A DNA stretch of 27,546 nucleotides from Macrostomum lignano (taxonomy: Eukaryota), in contig NIVC01005057.1 in the NCBI GenBank assembly GCA_002269645.1, positions 1-27,546 on the forward strand. Direction: 5' to 3'. Both the position numbers and the translations under genes were made by a program. Shown in pieces: positions 11,121 through 21,431 of this stretch (position 1 is the stretch's first letter; each line of letters begins with the position of its first letter). The notes beneath the pieces were generated by a model. The model did not search any database, was not told the DNA's origin, and worked only from the letters and a program-made list of their open reading frames with translations.

Positions 11121-12069
11121 CTTCTAAGCCTATTCTTATAACGGAGATTCGGAAATTATATACACTACAATAATTATTATCAGCACTACTCATAGTTATA
11201 ATTCTCAACAACGATAATAATTAGATAAATAATATATTACTGACATTCCGACTTAAAATTCACAACTGATCAATAGCAAATAAAGGCAAAGATTCAAGCA
11301 ATTTTTATAATCATTATAATGAGTCGCACTTATCCAAAATCCCATTAAAAATTATAACTTATCCCATTTTAACTAAGCAGAAGATACGAGCTGGGAAATA
11401 AAGAGCAAAATGACAAATCTATCTCACTATCTATCTCAGTCTATCTCACTAAACCACAGTGGAGTGGAGTGGAGTTAAATCGTGGAGTTTAAGGTCTCTG
11501 AAGCATAGCCAGAATCAGATACAGTTTACAAGCTAGATGAACTGCGGTATTTCAAAACAAACCAACAAGTGCACAACAGAACCAGGCGAGCAAAACGAGT
11601 TAACAGGTAGTTATAAATACCCAGCAACTTCAGAAATGAGCGAAGCCTGCCTTGAACCCCATCGAGCATGTCCGGGACTTCGTAAAGCGAGGAGTTCAGC
11701 AGGGAGTCCAGCAGAATGCTGAACAGTTGCTACGGGCGGCTCTGAACGCCTGGCTTTCAGTTTTAGTTTTAAAATAGCCATCGTTATTATGCTGTGTCCA
11801 CCTAGACTGCGTGTGGGTATGACTATGGGGGGGGGGTTCGCAATAGACGAAGAGTTCCAGTCTCCAAGACCGCTTCTCACTCAATGTTTTTGCACTTGAA
11901 CTGGGGAATTGACGCCCCAATTTTCTTCCCTCATCTGAATGTGCGCTCGTGGTTGCCAAGCAGTTCTACATAAAAAACTCAAGTTATCAAAGCGGGCGCG
12001 AAGCCTCCCGGGATGTCAACACACGGAGCAGAAACTGCAGAATCCAAGCCAACTGCTACCAACGGCACA

Positions 12070-12348
12070 ATGCTTTCTCTGCTCATCTTCTGCGCTGTCA
12101 TGGCAGCGGCTGCCACGGCTGAGAAGCCCTGCTGGAGTCTCCAGCGAGGTGACCTCACCGAGTACCGGGTGCTGGCGGTGAAGCTGGCGGTCAACGACAT
12201 TCACTGCGTGACTTCTGCTGAGAACGCGGAAGCCGTCCGCTTCGACGCGGCCTCGGGCTCCTGCTCGCTGCTGGCGTGCGATCGGGGAGCGATGGATGCC
12301 TGCAGGAAGTGCCGGCACGCCAGCGACTCCAGCCTGCCTCAGCTGTGG
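12070..12348 (+). CDS. Secreted fibrinogen-related protein, exon 1: signal peptide plus PAN/apple-like Cys module
   Basis: MLSLLIFCAVMAAAATA is a typical signal peptide. It is followed by PCWSL...IHCVTS...AVRFDAASGSCSLLAC...AC RKC. Donor TGG|GTGAGT at 12349, phase 0, 93 codons. The PAN assignment is an inference. Confidence 0.8.
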
Positions 12349-12387
12349 GTGAGTGAGCTGGGCTTTGCTTTGCGGCTTCTGCACTTT

Positions 12388-12555
12388 GCAGCACCGCATC
12401 AATATGCGTGCACGAAATGCAGCACCGCATCAATATGCGTGCACGAAATGCAGCACCGCATCAATATGCGTGCATGAAATGCAGCACCGCATCAATATGC
12501 GTGCACGAAATGCAGCACTGCATCAATATGCGTACACGAAATGCAGCACCGCATC
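12388..12555. repeat. 31-bp tandem repeat, ~5.4 copies, in the FReD gene intron
   Basis: Unit GCAGCACCGCATCAATATGCGTGCACGAAAT fills 168 of the 218 intron bases. Confidence 0.95.
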
Positions 12556-12566
12556 GCCCATTGTAG

Positions 12567-13136
12567 ATGAGGAAGCCGGTGAAGTGCTGGACGACCTTCC
12601 AGCGCAGAGTCGACGGCTCCATCAGCTTTAACCGGAACTGGGCGGACCACGCGAGCGGATTCGGTCAGGGCGAGAGTCTCAACTACTGGATGGGACTGGA
12701 GCAGCTCCACCAGCTCACCGCCACCGGAGTGTGGAGAGTCCGCTGGGAGTTCAGCGACTGGAACGGCACCTGGTACTGGGCTGAGAATGCTCCGTTCTCT
12801 GTTGGCCCAGCGAGCGACAAGTACAGGTGCTCGATGGGACCTCTGGACGCGAGCAGGTCGAGTGTCGGACAGCGGACTGAAGCGAACTTCTCGTCGAACA
12901 ACTGGCAGTTCAGCACTCCGGACTCCGACAACGACAATTGGAGCGAAGGAAGCTGCGCACAGGACAGGCAGGCTGGCTGGTGGTACGGCGAGTGCTCATT
13001 CACGGACCCGAACGGAGTCTACAAAGAGTATCCCAATATTAACACACGGGGGCTTTATTACTATCTTAATGAGTCTGGTAGCGCACTTGTTTTGTCCTAC
13101 TCGATGAAGACGTTTGAGTGCCTGCTTTTTAATTGA
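12567..13136 (+). CDS. Fibrinogen C-terminal (FReD/FBG) domain, exon 2
   Basis: Acceptor TTGTAG| at 12566, phase 0. Encodes WTTFQRRVDGSISFNRNW...GFG...YWMGLEQLHQLT...FSTPDSDND...CA...GWWYGEC...NGVY, the canonical FBG motifs. Spliced product is 282 aa. AATAAA at 13324-13329. Confidence 0.95.
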   Translation: MRKPVKCWTTFQRRVDGSISFNRNWADHASGFGQGESLNYWMGLEQLHQLTATGVWRVRWEFSDWNGTWYWAENAPFSVGPASDKYRCSMGPLDASRSSVGQRTEANFSSNNWQFSTPDSDNDNWSEGSCAQDRQAGWWYGECSFTDPNGVYKEYPNINTRGLYYYLNESGSALVLSYSMKTFECLLFN

Positions 13137-14566
13137 GATGCTTCGTGCTCAAAACTGCGATCAGCAGTAGTTTCTGATGTGCGCTCTGATGTGCCAGCGG
13201 CCCAGGCTCGATTCCAAGTTTAGTTTGGGCTGAATTGGAATCTCGGCTTGGCTCTGCTCGTGCAATTAACGCCTTTGAGACCCAACCCCCTAAGTCATAG
13301 TGAAGTGTATATGCCTAACGATAAATAAAGTTAGGGCCGCTGTGCACTCCTGTGTGAGTGTGTGCCTGCGTATGACTGCGTACGTTTCCGCGCGCCTTTG
13401 TGCCTGCTTAGGGGAGTCGGCGGAATAAGCAGTAATGCCTCTCGCCGGTTGTGTGACAATGTCTCTTAAAGTGCGCCGGGGTGTACACAGACCCCTGCCT
13501 CTAATAAGTCAATGAAGAAGTCATTGGGCCTTTTCATATTACCAATTCCAGAACCAGAATCGGTTCGGAATTCCAAGAAAACACCAGTATAACTATTAAA
13601 CTCTGTTAATATTTGACTGCCGTAACAACCTAACTTAGCACAATTTTTCACTTTCTTCTTGGCGATTGTCATTCAATAATAAAAACTTTATCGCACGTAT
13701 CTCCCTCTAGTTATGGAGACAAAAAGTTATACTTCACAAATTGGTTCTGGTTCTGGAACCAGAGCAAGCAATATGAAAAGGCTCATTGATTCTAGATTTA
13801 CAAGTAAATATTCAATTGACCTGCCGCTTGTCACGCTGTCTCGGTCATTCAATTTATTGTTCAAAAATGTTTTCCCTCTTTCTGTTTTCGAAACTTTGAA
13901 GGGTTTACTGAATGTTTCTTATGGTTATATTTTTATAGTGACAATTAAAATTCTTATATATCTGTGATACTAAGCCTTGTGTACTAAACGTAATTTTGTA
14001 ACTGTGCAAACAAATAAATATCTTCACATTTTTATCTTTCCCTGCAAAAAAGTGTTAAAACTGATAAATAATGATTGTTGACTTTCTAATTGCTCGTATT
14101 TTTAATTATTTCTACGAGTAGTATGCTAAAAATTATTTCAAATTATTTTTAAGCTGCATATTATACTCAAGTACTCAACAGCAGTAAAGTGCGCAGTAAA
14201 GTCTAGCTCACAGTTGACTTTTGAGTGACGCAACTTTGCGCCACGCGACGCAGAGTTGGACTGGGTGAGGAGCGATTGGGAAGAGGGATTTTGGCACTAG
14301 GGGGTTTTGCTCAGAGGGGCATTGTCAGGATGAAGTTGTCTTCAGGAGACTGAGGCCATGCAGACACTGATCTGGTTATTCAGTCAGAAATGCTCCCCTT
14401 CTATCGCAGATCCCTCAGTCCACTCAGTCGGTCGGCTGCTTGGCTTCCAATGCGCAATAAAATTTATTAGCGAGGGGCAACACAGAAAGCAGGCAAACTC
14501 AAACCAGCATTTTTGTAGCTAATGCATATGCATGACTTTGTCGCAGACAGCTAACAGACGGGGATA

Positions 14567-14676
<110 letters not shown>

Positions 14677-14716
14677 AAATGCCGTCCCGTTTCCCCAACC
14701 TCGACCCCCAACTCAC

Positions 14717-14946
14717 GGGGCTTGACTCCGCTAGCCAGAGACACATTAACATAAGCATTGGCGCCTACGTCAACATCCTTCGCAACCGAAGGACTGCTGA
14801 AGATGATCAGCGTGCTGGGGCTCGCTGTGCCTTCGTCGATTTCGATGGTAAAATGCGCGGTTGCGAACTCTGGCGAATTGTCGTTGACGTCGGTGAGGGT
14901 GACGGCCAGCTGCTTTCAGCTGATTTCAGGCCCGGGCCGTCCGTGG
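14717..14946 (-). CDS. Cadherin-repeat exon (not in the ORF track; one apparent 1-nt deletion in an A-run)
   Basis: Minus-strand translation: [11 protein letters not shown](K)[59 protein letters not shown]. It contains the canonical DxNDNxPxF linker and AxDxDxG motif. Acceptor CTCTCTGGCAAG| and donor C|GTGAGT. The exon is 230 nt, and 231 nt (symmetric phase 1-1) if GAAAGCAG is really GAAAAGCAG. Confidence 0.88.
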
Positions 14947-15244
14947 CTTGCCAGAGAGAATAAATTCAATTCAGTGGGGAGAGTCAGAGGGACAGAGAGT
15001 CAGAGGAAGTAAGAGAGTCAGGGACCACAGAATGTACGCATGATGCTCAATCACGCATTTTAAGAAAATATCTTGCCCAATAATTATATCCTACAGTAGC
15101 TACTCTCACTGTGAAGAAAAATAAAGTAGGCTGAAAGGCACCTTGCAACCTATATCTTCACGAACTGGTGCAGCCAATTGATTGTCGCTCAGCAGCCAAA
15201 TGCCAACCAAGGACCCACGAGTCCTAGTAGTCCTTGATGCCAAC

Positions 15245-15511
15245 CAGATTGGTAAAGGGGTTTTTCGTTAGCATAGGTAAAGCTCATGGCGTAGCGCAGG
15301 CTCTGCGATTTGTCACCGTCGGAGCAGAAGGTCGGCGACGCCGTCTCAATAGCGTAGAGCTCCGTGCCCAGGGCGACGTCCTCGCGGATGCCTGACAGAG
15401 TTTTGGTGCTCGATGTGCAGCTTGGGGTGAACAGGTTGACGTCCTTGATGACCACTGTGCAGGTGGCTGTGTTGGGTCCTGCACCGTTGCCATCCGTTGA
15501 TCCGTTTGATC
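15245..15511 (-). CDS. Cadherin-repeat exon
   Basis: Encodes STDGNGAGPNTATCTVVIKDVNLFTPSC...GIREDVALGTELYAI...CSDGDKSQSLRYAM, with TVxIxDVN, E..xxGT and xDxD motifs. Acceptor AAAG| at 15512 abuts the (TCTG)n tract. The donor at 15244 (GTTGGC) is weak and gives 267 nt, phase 1-1, so the 3' boundary is uncertain. Confidence 0.78.
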
Positions 15512-15522
15512 CTTTAGAGTGC

Positions 15523-16278
<756 letters not shown>

Positions 16279-16848
16279 TTTTCCAAACTGGCAATACTTT
16301 TCAGAGAATCAGTGAATGAAATTTCGTCACGAATTCTCCATAGTCTATGGTGCAGAGATTACAGACACCTGAATCCCAAGCTTCGTCAGTTCGACAAGGA
16401 GTGTACTTTTGTAAACAAACATTAACGATTTCGTAGAAACAAACGGCAGAGTACATTAGCGTGTTATTATAAGAACAAGAGTAGAAGTAGAAGAGGCGCA
16501 AATAGTTGTTTAAAATAGTCGCAAATCAGATCAGACGTCTTTGTTCAAGCTCTCTCAGCTCATTGAGCGCATCCTCATGTCCGTCTGGAATTTCCTCCTA
16601 CATCTTCTAAAACTTTGTAAGATTAAATAAATGGCCCCAGATTAAAGTGAACAAATCTCGCCTTCTCCTGAAATTTTGGCTCAACTCTCTACCCATTAGC
16701 GCATCGGAGACAGACTTGACCATAGACATTATCTGCTCAACTCCAACCATGGATCTTATACAGAATGGCTTATCTAGGGAATATAAGATCTATGACTTCA
16801 ACACCCAGCCTCTCTCAAGTGACTCTTCCAAAGTGACTCTTCCAAGCA

Positions 16849-17685
16849 CTACTCAGAGCGGCGGATCTCCATCAACTGCATTGGAGCCGAAGCGTGCGAA
16901 TCAAGCAGCTGCTGACGGCTGCCGTCACCCCCAGCGACGCTGCTGCTGACAGTGTGGCTGCTGGAAATGCGAAGTCGTCTTTGATGCAAAGCGGCAGCTC
17001 CAGCGTTAGTGGGAGGCTGCGCACTGCCAGCAGCTCTGGGCTCAACCAGCAGCTGGCAGACTTGACGACGGAAGTTGGCGTTGAACGCGTAGAACACGAA
17101 GAAGCTGCAGGCGCTGTCGATGGTCACCAGCAGGTCGTTCACCGGAACCATCCAGTCCGGAAGCAGCTGGTAAATCTCAAACGTGATGAAGATGGCGCCA
17201 GGCAGCTCAAAGATGGAGAATGAGATCGCCAGCACCAGCACGATGCGGGTGGCCGTGCGCCAACTGCGAGCCTCCGAGTTCGTAGTTCCGTTGGCGTTCG
17301 CGTTGGCATTGACGTTTGCGGCGGTGTCGGCGGTCTCACCAGGCTGGTTGCCCCTGGCAACAGCCAGCTGAGCGGCGGTGACGCCGGAGGCCAGCAGGAT
17401 CAGCGGCACGGGCAGGTAAGTCTGAGGCGTCCTCGTCAGCGGCAGCATCACGTCCACCAGGAACCGCTCGCTGCCGTTGGCCACCAGACGCCACGCGGCG
17501 AAGGTGCCGGGCCCGGCGGCGGCCGCGACCAGCAGCAGGACGCCGAAGCTGCAGAGCTGGAAGCGGCGCGTCAGCCAGCGGCGGAAGCCGATGGGCTTGA
17601 AGGTGGCCAGACAGCGGAACACGCTGATGCAGGCCGTCCACATGTTCTTCACGGCCACGCTGAACGACACCCAGCAGTAGCTCAC
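16849..17685 (-). CDS. Class A (rhodopsin-like) GPCR, exon 2 (TM3-TM7 and C-tail)
   Basis: Acceptor TTTGCCCTCAG| at 17686. TM3 ends ISVFRCLA (DRY position), TM6 is IVLVLAISFSIFELP, TM7 is DSACSFFVFY followed by helix-8-like NFRRQV. Confidence 0.9.
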   Translation of the reverse strand: MSYCWVSFSVAVKNMWTACISVFRCLATFKPIGFRRWLTRRFQLCSFGVLLLVAAAAGPGTFAAWRLVANGSERFLVDVMLPLTRTPQTYLPVPLILLASGVTAAQLAVARGNQPGETADTAANVNANANANGTTNSEARSWRTATRIVLVLAISFSIFELPGAIFITFEIYQLLPDWMVPVNDLLVTIDSACSFFVFYAFNANFRRQVCQLLVEPRAAGSAQPPTNAGAAALHQRRLRISSSHTVSSSVAGGDGSRQQLLDSHASAPMQLMEIRRSE

Positions 17686-18452
17686 CTGAGGGCAAACAGA
17701 TTTGTACGCGAGTTTCTTCTGAGACGATTTGAAATTATAGTCTGGAGTCTTTCAGACCATTGACAGAATTTTTTTCCATTTTCTTTCCATCATAAAATTT
17801 GTAATTCTCTTTCGCGGCGCGTGACATGCAACTGAGTTTCCATTCGAAAGCATGCAGCTGAATTTTAATGTTCCAATTAACCGGCGATTTAACAGCCTTA
17901 GGGATCGAACTCTAATAAAATAAAGCTTTCATTTCCGATAGAGGCGTTGGAGGTCCCTGAGGGTGCATCCCATCCACTGTAAGCCTACTCTCCGCAAATC
18001 AGGGCTATCTAAAATTTATTAAATCTCGATTACTTCTTTTTTACAGAACGTGATGCTGTCGGCACAAGCAAAAAATGTAAAAAATATTTGTTAAGTTCTT
18101 TGAAGCAAGGCTAACCATGGTTGACATTGTATTGTAACTTTGTATTATATGTAATGTTAGTAGTATTGTGCGTTTTCAAACCGAATGACGCGTTGGTAAA
18201 TATTCTTCGTTTGTACGAATTTTTACTGTTTACGAGTAGTTTGTTGAGCAATTTTACCATTGACTCTATTTGCTAACACTAACACAATCTGCATAGCTTA
18301 CACGAGAGCAAGCCATGGATGCTATATACACACTACAGGTCCATGGACTACTAGAGAAGTGTTCCTAGTGGTCCTCGTACAGGTCCCTGCTGTGCTACGT
18401 CCTGGGACTAATAAAAATATCTCTATTAATAATAATAATAATTATTATTATT

Positions 18453-18725
18453 GATTACAACTACTTTATGAGACAGATGTGCAACCGACAGCTCAGCCGC
18501 AGCTATTGCGCGGCGCATCTGAAGGCTGCGTACGGCTGTTCAGTCCAAGGACTGGGGGGTCGCCACACACACCCTCAATTACCCCAGCTAATTCTGGCAC
18601 CCATTTTACAGCTGGGTGAACTGAAGCAATGCAGAGTTGAGTGTCTTGCTCAGGGACACAGACTGTTCGGAGTGGGTCGAGAATCGAACCCCTGACCCGA
18701 CCTTTCAGTCGTGAGTGCGAGGAGG
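18453..18725 (-). mobile_element. tRNA-headed CORE-type SINE in the GPCR intron
   Basis: B-box GGTTCGATTCT (18680-18690, minus strand) is followed by CTGTGTCCCTGAGCAAGACACTCAACTCTGCATTGCTTCAGTTCACCCAGCTGTAAAATGGG. This aligns by eye with the MIR CORE consensus CTGTGTGACCTTGGGCAAGTCACTTAACCTCTCTGAGCCTCAGTTTCCTCATCTGTAAAATGGG. Ends in an (AAT)n tail. The A-box is not recognisable. Confidence 0.8.
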
Positions 18726-19405
18726 CTGTCCGACGAAAGGAAACCAGCGCACAAAGGCAAGGGGCCGAGTTTTTCTCTACATCGGAATGATATCTGCAGT
18801 TCAAATTGCAGAAACCCAACGGCATCAAGTACAACTCAAACGAAAGCGCAAAACGGGAATGGGAACTTCTGTTCTAATCCAATTATGAGTACCATATGAA
18901 TAGGTAAATCAGTTTGTCGTAACACTCAAGCGACGTGTTATCCTATTCCCTTTTCACTGTTTTTTGAAGTTTCTTAATCTAGCCTTTTAAAACTGTTTTC
19001 TATAGACAAGTAGCTGACGTGATGAAATTGTAATGCCTACTTATTTTAGCCAACTTCTCTGTAGTAAACGCATTTGGTAAAGAAAAAGTTGATTCCATCG
19101 ACTGAATTCATATTAGACTAATGACATTGAGTCTTACCTCCCAGTAGAATGTCTTAGAAATTGATAATCAACTAAGGAGCTGCAATGAGGAGCGCCCTGG
19201 CTGCATAGCGACTGTGATTCGGATGAGTCATAAAATATTCTTCAATATTCACGCTCAAACAGACCAACAGTGAGCAGGTGAAGTCAAATTATTGCAATTT
19301 AGATAATTATGGCATGCACGCATCCATGCAAGCAGCGATCGATATCAAAAAAGCATTCCAGATCCACTTCAAAGCTATTAATAAAGTGCATGTACTTCAG
19401 CTCAC

Positions 19406-19720
19406 ATCGAACAAGGTGTTCGCCAGTGACGCCTCTCGAGTGTGCTCCGACATGAGCAGCGCCAGGTCGAACGGCATGTAGCCACAGGCGGCCAGGCAGT
19501 AGTTGACGTGGGCCAGCTGCATCAGGATGAGGCCGACGTCGAACACCTCCCGGTTGCGCAGGTACTTGCGGACCAGCAGCGTCAGCGACAGGCAGCTGAG
19601 CATCAGGCCGGTGGCTGCTGCGGGAATGGTGACGGCCCGCACTGCGATGTACAGCCTGCTGTACCCGGGACCCGTGGCGTTGCTGGCCTTGGGGCTTGAG
19701 CTGATGTTGACGTCCGGCAT
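19406..19720 (-). CDS. Class A GPCR, exon 1 (N-terminus, TM1-TM2)
   Basis: MPDVNISS...NAT carries two N-glycosylation sequons. TM1 is ...ATGLMLSCLSLTLL and TM2 is LILMQLAHVN. Donor GAT|GTGAGC at 19405, phase 0, joins exon 2 in frame (383 aa total, 1720-bp intron). Confidence 0.88.
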
Positions 19721-20609
19721 CTTTCGTAAGACAATTTGCTCTATCAGTTCTGAACGAACATAGCGTGACTTTCTGGGAGATTTGACGATTCAACAGGCTT
19801 TCTTATCGTGTAGATGGGATGCTTGGAATGGGATGCTCTTGTCTTTTATCCCTCTGTCTAAGTCTCTACGGCCTTGTCACATGATTGGCCATGGCCAGTT
19901 TCTTGTTTCTGTTACGGCGAAACAGCATAAGAAAACAGAAAAAGCAGATTATCAAAAAACTAGACGAAAGGTAAATTATCAAGCAAAACACTAACGTAGT
20001 GCATCCTCCAGCATACACAGTTGCTTTGTCGGAATTTGAAATTAAAAAGAAACATTGTTAGACATCAAAGCAGAGTGGAGGAGAAGTAAAGGAGACATCA
20101 AACTTTCTTTTTCTAATTAATTTGGTCATGAGAATTAGGCGAGTTATCTACTCTCTTGACGTTGCCTTTTGAAAAAGTAAGAGCGTGCTTAAGCGGCTCG
20201 AAATCGCGTATAGTCATTTAACAGTAGGAATACCAAGCCATTTTTCCGCCCGTCGAACTACCAAGGGGGGGGAAAATTTCCCCCCCCCTGACAAATTTTT
20301 TTGCTGCGCCGGAACGGAGCAACGCAGACACACAAAATTCAAGAACACGGGCTAACTTTTTGTTGCGCACCTTCTCAAACAAGAATCAAGTCGCCAGCCC
20401 TCCGGACCGTCGAGATATTCGACGATTCTGCCAGAAGGTCGGATTTTTCCCATAAGCGCTAGTGTATTCAGTACACCCCTGTGCGCCAATCAGCACTGCG
20501 CCTCAGTGCAGCCTTGCCAAGTCTCCAAATTTCATCAGCACGTCGACCACATGTGTCTGCATCAGCTCTGACTTCGTTGGTCACTAGCCTTCACCCAGGC
20601 GGAGCTTCT

Positions 20610-21390
20610 GGACCTTCAACAGGTGGCACCAAGTGACTATGGACACTCTGATACGAATTTCTCGAGTTTCGCTGATCAAGCCTCGACAGTGGGCATACCT
20701 CAACTGCTAGGTATCCTCAGCTAGTCTCTCGAGCCTTCCATCATCACCCCGACGCCGTCGGCACCTTCAACGGATTACACCAGGTGACTATGAACACCCT
20801 GATGCAAATTTCTCTAGTTTCGCTGATCAAGCCTTGCCAATGGGCAAGCCTCAACCGCGAAACATCTTCAGCTAGTCTCTCAAGCATTCAGTCATCACCC
20901 CGACGCCGTCGGCACCTTCAACAGATGACACCAGGCGACTATGAACACCTTGATGCGAATTTCTCTAGTTTCGCTGATCAAGCCTCGACAGTGAGCAAGC
21001 CTCAACTTCTGGACACCCTCAGCTAATCTCTCAAGCATTCAGTCATCACTCGGACGCCGTCGGCACCTTCAACAGATGACACCAGGCGACTATGAACACC
21101 TTGATGCGAACTTCTCGAGTTTCACCGATCAAGCCTCGACAGTAGGCAAGCCTCAACTGCCGGACACCCTCAGCTAGTCTCTCAAGCATTCCGTCATCAT
21201 CCCGACGCCGTCGGCTCCTTCAACAGATTACAACAGGTGACTATGAACATCCTATTGCAAATATGTCAGGTTTTTCTGATCAAGCTTCAATATTGGGCAA
21301 ACCTCAACTGCTGGACATCCTCAGCTAGTCAGTCAAGCATTCCGTCATCACCCCGACGCCGTCGGCACCTTCAACAGGTGGCACCAGGGG
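20610..21390 (+). repeat. 151-bp subrepeats, ~5 copies, in the left arm and spacer of the foldback element
   Basis: The unit anchor CACCAGGxGACTATG (or a close variant) starts at 20627, 20778, 20929, 21080, 21231 and, partially, 21382: exactly 151 bp apart. Confidence 0.95.
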
Positions 21391-21431
21391 AGTAATGACA
21401 CGTGAGCGTGATTTTTCATCATGCTCTTAAC

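Noticed and set aside
13713-14030. 84-aa AT-rich ORF ending near an AATAAA, resembling a LINE 3' end
   Set aside because: No reverse transcriptase or zinc-knuckle motif is recognisable.
16894-17695. Alternative-frame and antisense ORFs over the GPCR, and likewise at 19299-19793
   Set aside because: GC-rich shadow ORFs with no recognisable motifs.
20530-20540. CTGATGA hammerhead-core heptamer in the foldback arms (also ~22109)
   Set aside because: No stem II followed by GAAA and no cleavage triplet in the required arrangement.
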